Origin: Cellvibrionales bacterium UBA7375
GTDB taxonomy: Bacteria > Pseudomonadota > Gammaproteobacteria > Pseudomonadales > Porticoccaceae
Length of the DNA stretch: 41,955 nt
Reading direction: 5' to 3'
NCBI GenBank assembly: GCA_002469845.1
Contig: DKNZ01000043.1
Span: 6,262-48,216, forward strand
Position numbers and translations under genes: made by a program. Positions 8,367-19,400 of the stretch are shown here, piece after piece. Every line of letters begins with the position of its first letter. The first letter of the stretch is position 1. Below the pieces are notes generated by a model. The model saw only the letters and a list, made by a program, of their open reading frames with translations. It made no database searches and was not told the origin of the DNA.

Positions 8367-9824
8367 TTAAACCAGTTCAGCTAATTTCTTAGCCAGTATT
8401 TGACTGACCTGCTGAGGATTGGCTTGGCCTTTTGAGGCTTTCATTATCTGCCCCATAAAACCGCCCAGTTTTTTCTTGCGCTTATCGGCATCAGTATTAA
8501 TATAGTCGTCAACCATCGCTTGGTTGTTGGCTAGTACCTCGTCCACCATGGATTCGAGGGCTCCGCTATCCGATACCTGCTTAAGGCCGCGGGCTTCAAT
8601 AATTTGATCGGCATCGCCTTCACCATTCCAAATACCATCGAATACCTGTTTGGCCATTTTGCTACTAATACTGTTATCGGCAATACGAATAATCAAGCTC
8701 GCAAGCTGTTCGGCAGAGACTGGACTTTGAGTAATGCTTATATTTTCAGCATTAAGCCGTGCGCTCAACTCTCCAGAAACCCAATTAGCTGAAAGTTTGG
8801 CATTTTTTGACTGGGTTGCCGTCTGTTCAAAATAATTGGCTACGGTTGCATCGGTGCTTAAAACGCCAGCATCATATTCAGATAGATCATATTGATCGAT
8901 AAAACGCTGTTGTTTGGCATCGGGTAATTCAGGTAGTTTTGAGCGCAGTTGTTCAATATGCTCGTCGCTAATCACCACGGGTAGTAGATCAGGGCAGGGG
9001 AAGTAGCGGTAATCATTGGCTTCTTCTTTGCTGCGCATCGAGCGTGCGACTTTGGTTTCACCATTATATAGGCGCGTTTCCTGAATAATCTCGCTGCCCT
9101 CTTCAAGTAGGTCAATCTGGCGTTCTACTTCAAGATGGATTGCATCTTCCATAAACTTAAATGAGTTTAGGTTTTTAGTTTCGGTACGTGTACCCAGTGT
9201 TGTTTCTCCCTGTGGGCGCACCGAGATATTGACATCAAAGCGCATACTGCCCTGAGACATTTCGCCATCACAGATACCCAGTGAGGTTACAATGCTATGG
9301 AGTTTTTTAGCAAAGGCTACCGCCTCTTCAGCACTGCTCATATCCGGCTCGGAAACAATTTCAATTAAAGGTGTTCCAGCACGATTTAAATCTATGCCTG
9401 AAACACCAGATCTAAAGTTTCCCTCATGAAGGGATTTGCCCGCATCTTCCTCAAGATGAGCATGATGAATACGAATGGATTTGGTATCGCCATTATCAAG
9501 TTGAATTTCTACCACCCCAGCGCCAACAATAGGTTTTTCAAGTTGCGTGGTTTGATAGCCCTTAGGAAGATCAGGGTAGAAGTAATTTTTACGCTCAAAC
9601 ACTGAAGTTTTGCCAATTTCAGCATCAATAGCCAAACCAAACATCACTGCGTAATCAATCGCCTGTTTATTAACCACAGGAAGTGTGCCCGGCATGGCCA
9701 GATCAATTTCGCAGGCCTGAGTATTGGGTGCTGCGCCAAATGCGGTACTGGCAGCAGAAAATATTTTGGTTTTTGTGGCCAATTGCACATGGACCTCAAG
9801 ACCAATTACTGTTTCCCAATTCAT
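8367..9824 (-). CDS. gatB: Asp-tRNA(Asn)/Glu-tRNA(Gln) amidotransferase subunit B
   Basis: [49 protein letters not shown] and DYRYFP. Confidence 0.98.
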   Translation of the reverse strand: MNWETVIGLEVHVQLATKTKIFSAASTAFGAAPNTQACEIDLAMPGTLPVVNKQAIDYAVMFGLAIDAEIGKTSVFERKNYFYPDLPKGYQTTQLEKPIVGAGVVEIQLDNGDTKSIRIHHAHLEEDAGKSLHEGNFRSGVSGIDLNRAGTPLIEIVSEPDMSSAEEAVAFAKKLHSIVTSLGICDGEMSQGSMRFDVNISVRPQGETTLGTRTETKNLNSFKFMEDAIHLEVERQIDLLEEGSEIIQETRLYNGETKVARSMRSKEEANDYRYFPCPDLLPVVISDEHIEQLRSKLPELPDAKQQRFIDQYDLSEYDAGVLSTDATVANYFEQTATQSKNAKLSANWVSGELSARLNAENISITQSPVSAEQLASLIIRIADNSISSKMAKQVFDGIWNGEGDADQIIEARGLKQVSDSGALESMVDEVLANNQAMVDDYINTDADKRKKKLGGFMGQIMKASKGQANPQQVSQILAKKLAELV

Positions 9825-11278
9825 TATTCGATCCCCGCAGGCGCTAATTGATGCCAGTCAGTCACCTGTTGGAATTGATGAGCCGCGTTTAACATGCGCG
9901 CTTCATCAAAATAGTTACCTATTATTTGAAGTCCGACTGGTTTGTTATCAACCATACCGCAGGGCAGGGACATGCCGGGTAGGCCTGCCAAGTTGGTAGA
10001 GATGGTATAAATATCCTCCAAATACATAGCAACTGGGTCATTGCCTTTAGCGCCAAATTTAAAGGCGGGTGAGGGGCAGGTAGGGCCCATAATAAGATCG
10101 ACCTTTTCAAACGCCTGAATAAAATCTTGTCTAATAAGCTGTCTTACCTGCTGTGCTTTTCCGTAGTATGCATCATAGTAGCCGGCAGACAGGCAGTAGG
10201 TACCAATAAGAATACGTCTTTGAACCTCATCACCAAATCCCTCAGCTCTGGTTCGACGATAAAGATCTTCTAGATCTTTAGGATCATTACAGCGGTGACC
10301 ATAGCGCACGCCGTCAAAGCGCGATAAATTAGCAGAGGATTCTGCTGGAGCAATCACATAATAGGCCGGAACCGAAAGACCGGTATTGGGTAAGCTGATT
10401 TCTACCAGTTTGGCGCCTAATTTTTCATATTCGGCTAATGACGCTCGCACCGCTTGTTCAGTGCCAGAGTTTAAACCCTCAGAGAAATACTCTTTTGGAA
10501 TACCAATGCGCAAACCTTTAAGTGAATCACCAAGATGAGCGGAATAATTGGGTACAGGGCGGTCAATACAGGTGGAGTCTTTATCGTCATAACTGGCCAT
10601 ACAGTTTAATAACAATGCGCAATCTTCGGCAGTTCTCGCCATGGGGCCGCCTTGATCCAAGCTAGAGGCGAAGGCAATCATGCCCCAGCGTGAAACTCGA
10701 CCATAGGTTGGCTTGAGCCCAGTTATTCCACAAAGTGCTGCTGGTTGGCGAATAGAGCCGCCGGTATCCGTAGCTGTTGCCCCTGGTGCTAGTCGCGCCG
10801 CAATTGCCGCAGCGGACCCACCTGATGAACCGCCAGGGACAGAATCTGTAGACCATGGATTTTTAACCGGGCCATAAAAACTAGTTTCATTAGACGAGCC
10901 CATAGCGAACTCATCCATATTGGTTTTTCCGAGCATCACCGCTCCGCTACTTCTAAAATTCTCAACCACGGTTGCATTATAGGGCGGCACAAAATTATCT
11001 AGCATCTTTGAGCCGCAGCTAGTTCGAACACCCTCAGTACAAAATATATCTTTGTGAACTATAGGCACACCACATAGTTCTGGAGCATTGCCAGCAGCTA
11101 TAAGTTGATCTGCTGTTTTAGCTGCTTTAAGAGCCTGATTTTCAGTTAAGGTAATTAGACTATTAAATTCCGAATCTAAATTTCTGATACGCGCCAAAAA
11201 ATGTTGAGTAATTTCTGTGCTAGAAAAAACTCTGTTTTTAAGGCCATCTATAAGCTCAGTTATTGTTAAGTTATGCAT
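9824..11278 (-). CDS. gatA: Amidotransferase subunit A (amidase signature)
   Basis: [35 protein letters not shown] and SRFDGVRYG. Confidence 0.98.
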   Translation of the reverse strand: MHNLTITELIDGLKNRVFSSTEITQHFLARIRNLDSEFNSLITLTENQALKAAKTADQLIAAGNAPELCGVPIVHKDIFCTEGVRTSCGSKMLDNFVPPYNATVVENFRSSGAVMLGKTNMDEFAMGSSNETSFYGPVKNPWSTDSVPGGSSGGSAAAIAARLAPGATATDTGGSIRQPAALCGITGLKPTYGRVSRWGMIAFASSLDQGGPMARTAEDCALLLNCMASYDDKDSTCIDRPVPNYSAHLGDSLKGLRIGIPKEYFSEGLNSGTEQAVRASLAEYEKLGAKLVEISLPNTGLSVPAYYVIAPAESSANLSRFDGVRYGHRCNDPKDLEDLYRRTRAEGFGDEVQRRILIGTYCLSAGYYDAYYGKAQQVRQLIRQDFIQAFEKVDLIMGPTCPSPAFKFGAKGNDPVAMYLEDIYTISTNLAGLPGMSLPCGMVDNKPVGLQIIGNYFDEARMLNAAHQFQQVTDWHQLAPAGIE

Positions 11279-11308
11279 TTTTTACTCGGCTGTATCTTGC
11301 GGAATAGT

Positions 11309-11596
11309 TTAATCAATGACTTTTGGTACCAAATAGAGATTATCTTCAGTATCTGGAGCGATAGCTTGAAATGCTTCTCTCATATTAGGCTTATTGACTT
11401 CGTCTTCTCTCAGGCGCTGGGTTTCATTGAGTGGATGATCCAAACCACTTAGGCCACTGGTATCTGCTGCCTGAAGTTGATCCACTAACTCTAATACACT
11501 GCTGAGTCGCTGTGAGATCTCATCAACTCTCTTATCATCCACCGCTAGGCGAGCAAGAGTGGCAAGATTTTCAATTGTTTGTTTTTCTATACTCAT
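11309..11596 (-). CDS. gatC: Amidotransferase subunit C
   Basis: LATLARL, LREDEV and the C-terminal LYLVPKVID; directly upstream of gatA. Confidence 0.95.
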   Translation of the reverse strand: MSIEKQTIENLATLARLAVDDKRVDEISQRLSSVLELVDQLQAADTSGLSGLDHPLNETQRLREDEVNKPNMREAFQAIAPDTEDNLYLVPKVID

Positions 11597-11774
11597 ATCG
11601 AAATCTTATCAATAATTTTTTTCAGGACGAAGTTTACAACATTAAGTCGAATTAGGTTAGTTTGGCAGAAGAAAAATACACAGTTCTGCAACATAAAAGC
11701 CACTTTTTTTTGTCAGCTTGTTACAATTACCACAGAGAGATATTTTTTGCAGAGTAAAACAGTTATTTTTGCAC

Positions 11775-11803
11775 TTGCCATCCGCGCAACTAACTGATAG
11801 TTT
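11775..11803 (+). promoter_or_regulatory. Candidate sigma70 promoter for the mreBCD operon
   Basis: TTGCCA (11775-11780), 17-nt spacer, TAGTTT (11798-11803) with an extended -10 TG at 11795-11796, about 60 nt before mreB. Confidence 0.5.
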
Positions 11804-11862
11804 TCTGCCTATAAACCGTGACTTTTACATGCCGTAAACAGCACATTAATGGAATTTAAAAA

Positions 11863-12903
11863 ATGTTGTTACTCAAGAGAATTTTAGGGCTTTTTTCCAG
11901 TGATTTATCGATTGATCTAGGGACTGCCAACACACTAATCTACATGCGTGAGCACGGAATTGTGCTTAATGAGCCTTCCGTTGTAGCCATACGCCAACAG
12001 TATGGTGAAAAGAAAGTTGAAGCAGTAGGTGTTGATGCAAAGCGTATGCTGGGAAGAACGCCTGGCAATATAACGGCTATACGACCACTAAAAGATGGAG
12101 TGATTGCAGATTTCCAAGTCACGGAAAAAATGCTTCAACATTTTATTCGAAAAGTGCATTCTGAAAGTTTTGTACCGCCCAGCCCGAGGGTACTAATCTG
12201 TGTGCCCTGTACGGCAACAGAAGTTGAAAAGCGCGCAATTAAAGAATCTGCTTTTAGCGCAGGGGCGCGAGAAGTATTTTTGATTGAAGAACCAATGGCA
12301 GCTGCTATAGGTGCTGGATTGCCGGTAGAAGAAGCTGTTGGCTCGATGGTGGTTGATATCGGTGGTGGTACTACAGAGATTGCTATATTGTCACTTAATG
12401 GAGTGGTTTTCTCTGATTCGGTGAGAATTGGCGGTGATCGTTTTGATGAATCAATTTGTAATTATGTGCGCCGCAAGTATGGCAGCGTGATTGGTGATGG
12501 AACCGCCGAGCGCATTAAAATGGAAATTGGTACTGCTTATCTTTCAAAAGAAGTGCGTGAAATTGAAGTTAGAGGTCGTAACCTTGCTGAAGGTGTTCCT
12601 AAAAGCTTTGTACTCAGCAGTGATGAAATTCTACAGTCTTTACAAGAGCCATTGTCTGGTATTGTGCAGGCGGTTAAACGTGTGCTTGAGCAATCACCGC
12701 CTGAATTAGCCTCGGATATTGCTGAAACGGGCATTGTGTTAACGGGGGGCGGTTCGTTGTTAAAAGACTTAGATCGTCTATTGGCCATTGAGACAGGTCT
12801 ACCTGTTATTTTGGCCGAAGAGCCGCTCACCTGTGTTGCGCGGGGCGGCGGTGAAGCCCTTGAAATGATGGGTGCCAAAGGCTCGGGTATGCTTATGTAC
12901 TAG
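11863..12903 (+). CDS. mreB: Rod shape-determining actin homolog MreB
   Basis: [35 protein letters not shown] and VLTGGG. Confidence 0.98.
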   Translation: MLLLKRILGLFSSDLSIDLGTANTLIYMREHGIVLNEPSVVAIRQQYGEKKVEAVGVDAKRMLGRTPGNITAIRPLKDGVIADFQVTEKMLQHFIRKVHSESFVPPSPRVLICVPCTATEVEKRAIKESAFSAGAREVFLIEEPMAAAIGAGLPVEEAVGSMVVDIGGGTTEIAILSLNGVVFSDSVRIGGDRFDESICNYVRRKYGSVIGDGTAERIKMEIGTAYLSKEVREIEVRGRNLAEGVPKSFVLSSDEILQSLQEPLSGIVQAVKRVLEQSPPELASDIAETGIVLTGGGSLLKDLDRLLAIETGLPVILAEEPLTCVARGGGEALEMMGAKGSGMLMY

Positions 12904-12975
12904 CAGGCTTATGTAAAGGAGTACCTCGCTTGAGGGGCGCTCCCTGCTATTGGCCTTAGTTTTTGGAGCGCGCCC

Positions 12976-13827
12976 ATTAAAAAAGTTTTTGTTAATTCTT
13001 CTTCAGCAGTGCGAAAAACATTTTTCGCGCTTTTACTCGCACTGCTTCTAATGACTGTGGATAATTATACGTCTGTATTTGATTCAACCAAATCCGATAT
13101 ATCTCAACTATTTATTCCATTGCAACTGCTAGCAAATTTCCCCTATCAGATGAAAGAATGGGTGGGTATGAACACCACCTCTAGAACAAAACTCGAACAA
13201 AAAAATGTAAGTCTTGAAAAAGAGCGTTTAATTCTACTGGGACAATTACAGCGCAGTGCAGAATTAGCGGCTGAAAATCTTCGGTTACGTCAATTACTCA
13301 ATGCGACAGAATTGCTTATGCAGAGTGTGTTGGTGACGGAAGTGATTGGCGTTTCGCCCAATCCAGTCAACCATACAGTAACCGTTGATCGTGGCACTAA
13401 TGATGGGGTGTATATTGGCCAGCCAGTATTAGATGCTGATGGTTTAATGGGTCAGGTTGTTGAAGTCTATGAAAATTATAGCAAAGTACTTCTGATCACC
13501 GATATTAATCATGCTCTTCCGGTTCAAGTTTTACGAAATGGCCTGCGATCAATTGTTGAAGGTATATCAGATTTTAATCTAATGGCATTAAGATTTGTTT
13601 CACCCACAGTAGATATTGTAGAGGGTGATAAACTGGTGAGTTCTGGTTTAGGTGGTCGTTTTCCAATGGGTTACCCAGTGGGAACGGTTTCATCTATTAG
13701 TCAAAAGCCAGGAGAGAAGTTTATGGAAATTAAAGTGATACCATCGGCAAAGCTTGATCGCAGCCGACACCTACTATTGGTGTTTACTATTAAAGACGGT
13801 GATGTCACTAGAGATATTAATGAATAG
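12976..13827 (+). CDS. mreC: Rod shape-determining protein MreC (probable ATT start at 12976; ORF-track GTG at 13009)
   Basis: N-terminal TM helix, coiled coil ENLRLRQLL, GLMGQVV and LVSSGLGGRFPMGYPV. An in-frame ATT sits 7 nt after GGAG. Confidence 0.93.
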   Translation: MKKVFVNSSSAVRKTFFALLLALLLMTVDNYTSVFDSTKSDISQLFIPLQLLANFPYQMKEWVGMNTTSRTKLEQKNVSLEKERLILLGQLQRSAELAAENLRLRQLLNATELLMQSVLVTEVIGVSPNPVNHTVTVDRGTNDGVYIGQPVLDADGLMGQVVEVYENYSKVLLITDINHALPVQVLRNGLRSIVEGISDFNLMALRFVSPTVDIVEGDKLVSSGLGGRFPMGYPVGTVSSISQKPGEKFMEIKVIPSAKLDRSRHLLLVFTIKDGDVTRDINE

Positions 13828-14296
13828 CCATAGTACTTTTAAGCCTGCACTCATCATGCTTTTTGCGGCCTTAATTCTTCAATTTATACCCATTGCAGGG
13901 GACTGGGTTTTTTGGAAGCCAAACTTCCTTCTCCTGATGATGATTGCTTGGATGCTATATTTCCCGGATCAGTATGGGATTGAGTTTGCGGTAATTATGG
14001 GTGTTTTTTCAGATTTTATTTTCCTTTCAACCCTTGGCTACCATGTTTTAATTTTTTCAATCAGCGGCCTTATTTTAATTTTCTTTCATCGTATTGTTGT
14101 CTATTTGCATTTGATTCATAGAGTCACTCTAGTTTTTCTAATGTTATTGTTGATTGAATTTATGCGGGCAGGGCTTGATAGCTCTATAGATAAACTACTA
14201 TCCATAGAGGGTATACTTTTTTTAGCAGTTATTTCTGCAATATGCTGGATTCCTCTAGATAAAGTTGTAAGACATTTTTACTTGCTTCAAAAATAG
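13820..14296 (+). CDS. mreD: Rod shape-determining protein MreD
   Basis: Very hydrophobic, WKPNFLLL...W...P...G...G..D....TLG pattern, directly after mreC. ATG 13820 overlaps the mreC end. Confidence 0.85.
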   Translation: MNSHSTFKPALIMLFAALILQFIPIAGDWVFWKPNFLLLMMIAWMLYFPDQYGIEFAVIMGVFSDFIFLSTLGYHVLIFSISGLILIFFHRIVVYLHLIHRVTLVFLMLLLIEFMRAGLDSSIDKLLSIEGILFLAVISAICWIPLDKVVRHFYLLQK

Positions 14297-14325
14297 GCCG
14301 AAGGCAACTAGTCGAGGTAAAAAAA

Positions 14326-14925
14326 TTGGTCGATTATGATTTAATTCTGGCATCTGCCTCTTCGCGACGCACGGAAATTTTGCGGCAGATAGGCGTGAGG
14401 CATCAAGTAGTCCCAGCAAATATTGATGAGACACCTAGACCTCAAGAGTCAGCCGTTGACTATGTTAAAAGAATGGCCATAGAAAAGACTCAATATGTGA
14501 TTTCACTAGTTCCTGACAATAACTTGGTTTTAGGTGCTGATACCTGTGTTGTATGTGACTCAAATATTTTCGGAAAGCCAAGAGATCAAGACGACGCTAT
14601 GGAAATGTTACATGCTTTATCAGGTAAAGCTCATCAAGTGTATACCGCTGTTGCTCTGGGTAATAAAGAAGATTGCTCAGTAATTGTATCGACAACTGAT
14701 GTAATTTTTAGAAAGTTGTCTAAGCAAGAATGCCTAAGTTATTGGCAAACAGGAGAGCCACAAGATAAAGCCGGCAGTTATGCTATTCAAGGTTATGGTG
14801 CTGTATTTGTGGAATCAATAAAAGGAAGTTACAGCGGTGTTGTTGGATTACCCATAGAGCAAACATCTTTATTATTGCAAGGTTTTGGCGTACCCATTTG
14901 GGGCTCAGCAAAAATAAATAAATAG
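14326..14925 (+). CDS. maf: Maf/YhdE nucleoside triphosphate pyrophosphatase
   Basis: LILASASSRR, IDET, GADT, GKP, DKAGSYAIQG and VVGLP; TTG start with GAGG SD. Confidence 0.93.
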   Translation: MVDYDLILASASSRRTEILRQIGVRHQVVPANIDETPRPQESAVDYVKRMAIEKTQYVISLVPDNNLVLGADTCVVCDSNIFGKPRDQDDAMEMLHALSGKAHQVYTAVALGNKEDCSVIVSTTDVIFRKLSKQECLSYWQTGEPQDKAGSYAIQGYGAVFVESIKGSYSGVVGLPIEQTSLLLQGFGVPIWGSAKINK

Positions 14926-14965
14926 TCTATTTTTATAGTTTTAGGTATAGAGTTAAAGTTGGCCG

Positions 14966-16420
14966 ATGACAAAAGAAATCTTAATAAATTATACACCCTT
15001 GGAGACTCGCCTAGCGTTGGTGGAAAATACTGTACTTAAGGAAATTCATATTGATAGAGGGGAAGATTCCAGTTTAGTTGGCAATATATACAAGGCAAAA
15101 GTACTCAGAGTGATACCAGGGATGCAGGCAGCATTTGTGGATATAGGCGCTAAGCGTAATGCTTTTTTACATATTGATGATATTCATTGCGCCAATTCAC
15201 AGGATAAGATCGCCCACACTTTAAGAGATGGTCAGGACATATTGGTTCAAGTATTGAAGGATTCAGTTAATAAGAAGGGAGCGCTATTAACCACTGATAT
15301 ATCGATAGCGACTGAGTATTTGGTTTACAGACAGGGTCGCGTCAAACCAGGTATATCAGCAAAAATAAAGCCAAAGTCTGAACGAACGAGATTGAATGAC
15401 CTTATGGATTCTATTGTTTCTTCGATAAAATTACCCGATAGCCTCAGTGGAAATTTTATTCTTCGTTCAGCGGCTGAGGGCATTAAAGAAAGCCAATTGA
15501 CGGAAGATATAAACAGCCTTATTGCAGTTTGGCGCTCTATAGAAAGTTTAAAAGCCCAAAAATCACCAGTATCTGTGTACAAAGAAACGCAAAGAAGTCA
15601 GGGATTAGTGACACAAATGCTGAGTCTTGGAATAGACAAAATAATCGTTGATAGCCCCAGTTTTTTTGAATCATTAGAAGCTGTTTGTAACCAGAGCAGG
15701 GTTACGGAAAAACCTATTATCAATTTATACAAAGAGCAGGGTAACCTATTTGATACTTATCAGATAGAGAGCCAAATCAATGCAGCACTCAAATCAGATG
15801 TTCCTTTGAATTGTGGCGGTCATATAGTGATTGAAGAGACTGAGGCGCTATCGGCTATAGATGTTAATACCGGTTCTTTTATTGGTGAATTTATTGATCA
15901 TAGTACTTTTCTTAAGGTAAACCTTGAGGCGGCTAAAGCCGCTGCTAAACAGATTAAGTTACGCAATCTAACCGGCATTATTATTATTGATTTTATAGAT
16001 ATGAAAGTTGCTGAGAATCGCCGTCAGGTATTACAACAACTCAAGCAGGCATTTTCCGAAGACAAAACTATAACTATAATCTCAGATTTTACAGAGCTAG
16101 GTTTGATTCAAATCGCTCGCAAGCGTACCAGTCCGAGTTTAAGTCAGATTTTATGTGCACCCTGTGGTCGGAGTGAAACTAGAAAACTTTTTAAATCAAA
16201 AAAAACACTGGCTATTGAGATATTTCGAGAGTTATCGAATATTGAGCTCAATGGAAAATGGCAGGCCTTGGAGATTTTCACCTCCGAGCCTGTTATTAAG
16301 ACCATCAAAAATAAATATGCTGTTCAGTTAAATGAATTTAAGAATAGAACAGGCTGTGATGTTAAACTTTGTATAGAAAGCTCATTTCCCAGCGATCAGT
16401 TTAATATTATTCCAGTTTAG
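14966..16420 (+). CDS. rng: Ribonuclease G (RNase E/G family), divergent
   Basis: S1 domain GNIYKAKVLRVIPGMQAAFVDIG; catalytic IDVNTG and IIDFIDM; canonical position after maf. Confidence 0.92.
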   Translation: MTKEILINYTPLETRLALVENTVLKEIHIDRGEDSSLVGNIYKAKVLRVIPGMQAAFVDIGAKRNAFLHIDDIHCANSQDKIAHTLRDGQDILVQVLKDSVNKKGALLTTDISIATEYLVYRQGRVKPGISAKIKPKSERTRLNDLMDSIVSSIKLPDSLSGNFILRSAAEGIKESQLTEDINSLIAVWRSIESLKAQKSPVSVYKETQRSQGLVTQMLSLGIDKIIVDSPSFFESLEAVCNQSRVTEKPIINLYKEQGNLFDTYQIESQINAALKSDVPLNCGGHIVIEETEALSAIDVNTGSFIGEFIDHSTFLKVNLEAAKAAAKQIKLRNLTGIIIIDFIDMKVAENRRQVLQQLKQAFSEDKTITIISDFTELGLIQIARKRTSPSLSQILCAPCGRSETRKLFKSKKTLAIEIFRELSNIELNGKWQALEIFTSEPVIKTIKNKYAVQLNEFKNRTGCDVKLCIESSFPSDQFNIIPV

Positions 16421-16428
16421 TGACATAA

Positions 16429-19400
16429 ATGATCAAAAATATAGCGAAAAAAATTAAATTATTGACCCAATGGTTTGGTCTTGTGGGTGCGTTATTGATT
16501 ATTGGTATGGTTGTACTTATTTTTATCGGTCGCCAAACTATTGGCCAGCTAGATGATTTAAGGCCAAGTGTACAGTCTTTTATTGCGTCTAATACCGGCT
16601 TTAAAGTCAATTTGGGCCCACTGAGCGGGGAATGGCCGCAGCTTATACCAGTCATTAATATTCAAGGAGTTGAATTAATTGATTCTCAGCAAGAGCCCGT
16701 ACTCAGTCTTCAAGGTGCTCGTGCTGATTTAGACTTATTCAGTAGTATCAGAGTAGGCTCTCCTATATGGCGTGATTTAGCAATTGATCATCTAGAAATC
16801 AATTTTTTTGAAAATGACCAAGGTCATTGGCAATTAAAAGGATTTAGCGATGAATCTGAAACTGATTTAAATATTATCCTCGAACCATTTTTATATAGCC
16901 GCCATATCCGACTGAAATCTATCACCGTTAATCTTTATTCCTTTACCGGTCAAAAAAATCAATTTTTTGGTAGTCAGATGTTGATTGAAAATGACGAAGA
17001 TTTTCATCGTATGCAACTATCTGTCAGTGTTACAGAAGACGATAATCCAGCATATTTAGTGTTGGAAGCCCTTGGTAATCTTTCAGATTTAGATTCATTC
17101 AATGCTGAGGGATATCTTGAACTTAAAGGATTAGATCTTTCTGAGTCATTGAAAGTTCTCACTCAATCGCTATTCCCTAACGTACCCCCGACCCTAGACA
17201 AGTTTTCCATTAAAACAGATGGAGAAATTTGGTTAGACCTTCATCCAGGATGGCAGCTCGACTATAAAGGTAAACTCTCTCTATCTAAGGTACCTCTAAA
17301 TTGGTTGGCTGAAGATATTCCTCCAGTTACCGATATTAAAACGACAATGATCGGCTGGTATAAGCCAGGAAAAGACTGGAGTGCTCGATTACAAGATCTT
17401 GAGTTTGATATAGGAAAGACGAGTATTGATGAGCCTGTTAATATCTTATATACCCAAAAATTGGGTTCTAGAGGGCAGGAATTTGACGTATCTATTAATC
17501 ATATAAATTTAGAGTTAGTGACCGATTTAATCTATGAGACTGATTTTTTACCAACAAAAACATTAGAAACGCTAAAGACTATTAATCCTAGAGGAAATAT
17601 TTCATCCTTAAGTATGGGTCAATCTGAGGAGGGACTTTACGTATTCGCGAATTTAGATGGTTGCTATATCCAACCTTTCAAGGGTGTTCCAGGCGTTAAA
17701 GAAATTCATGGTTACATAGAGTTAAAGGATAAAAATGGATTGTTTCATATAGAAGATAACGACGGATTCGAAATACTTTTTCCAAAATCCTATCGAGATT
17801 ATCTAGCCTTTAAGCAAGCAAAAGGATCAATTTATTTTGATTGGCAGTCCCAAAATCAACTAATAGTTCACAGTGATTCAATTCATAGCCAATTAGAGTT
17901 TGGTCATAGTCAGTTGCAATTTTCCATAGAGCAACCTATTAGTGATGAAAAAATTGCAGCAGACTTTAACCTGTTGATTGGGGCAGAAAACTTAGATTTG
18001 AGTCTTACTAAAAATTACTTGCCATTCACCATGCCTGTTAGATCATCAAAATGGGTCAAAAATGCAGTTAAAGAGGGCAACTTAAAACAATTTGGACTTC
18101 TTTTTAGAAGCGGCCCACCCAGAAATAATAGTTTATCACGCACCCTGAAATTATTGCTTGATACAGAGAATGCATCCGTAAAGTTTAATCCAAATTGGCC
18201 ACAATTTAATCAGTTAGATGGTTTATTTTTGCTTGATGGTGGAAATTTGAGTGCGCAAATAAATTCTGCTTATTTAGGGCAGGCAGCCGTCAGCCAGACC
18301 AGAATTGAATACAGTGTAAAGTCCCCAGTCGAACAAAGAAAATGGATTATTGATGGTCGGCTAGATGCTGATTTACCATCAATGATCGATATTTTAGTTC
18401 AATCGCCCTTAAAGGGAAATCTTGGCCCAATGGTAAACTGGTCTTTTGGAGGAGACACAAAAACTCAGCTGCATATTGAACTGCCGAGTTATATTCCTGA
18501 TAACTCCAAGCCACCTACAACAGTCTATAGAGTAACTTCGAGCATCGATAATGGGAAAATGACAATTACTGATTCTCCAATTATATTAGATAAATTATCG
18601 GGTGAAATTGAATTTACATCTAGCAGCGGAATCTTTTCTGATAATTTAAATGCGTTACTTTGGGATAAACCATTTACAGCTAAACTATATCGCGATGATC
18701 AACAGCAGATGTCATTTGCTACAGCATTGGCACCCAAAAGTTTAAATCAATTTGTAGACTTTCCGTGGCAAAATATAATAACAGACACCATTACTTTAAA
18801 TGGTTTGCTAGCTAAGGATCTCGATAATCCCTCTAAAACTGTCTTAGATGTTAAAAGCGATATGAAGGATGTAGCGATAAATTTACCCCCACCCATAGGT
18901 AAAGATAGGGATCAATCGCAACAACTTGAGTTGAAATTATATTTTGAACCAAGTCTGATCCAGCTTAAAGGAAAACTAGGTCAGCGGCTTATTTCGGATA
19001 TAAGGTTTGAGCAAGGAAGCTTAAAGCGAGGTGTTATAAGCTACGATAATCCGCTCACAATGCCTGATCAAGAAGGACTTTTGATATTAGCTAAGTTTCC
19101 GACTATAGATTTTAAGTCATGGCAGCCACTAAGTGATTTGATTGCACAGACTCCTAAACGTTCTGATTCTCTTGAAACTTTGTTCGATTTAGAATTAGCT
19201 CAGTGGAAAGTGTCCGGCCTTCAATTATCCGAGGTTAATGTCAGAATTAAGCCAGTTACACAGGGTTTAGATGCAGTTTTTACCAGTGATTTGGCCGATG
19301 GGTCGGTAACCCTTTTTCGAGATTCTAATCAGCCAACAAAAATTGCTTTAAATAGACTTGAATTGCCAAATAGACTGGAGGATAGCTCAGCCCTAGATCC

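Noticed and set aside
11579-11797. 72-aa ORF in the gatC-mreB gap
   Set aside because: AT-rich divergent promoter region; the ORF overlaps the gatC start and the candidate mreB promoter and has no protein-like features.
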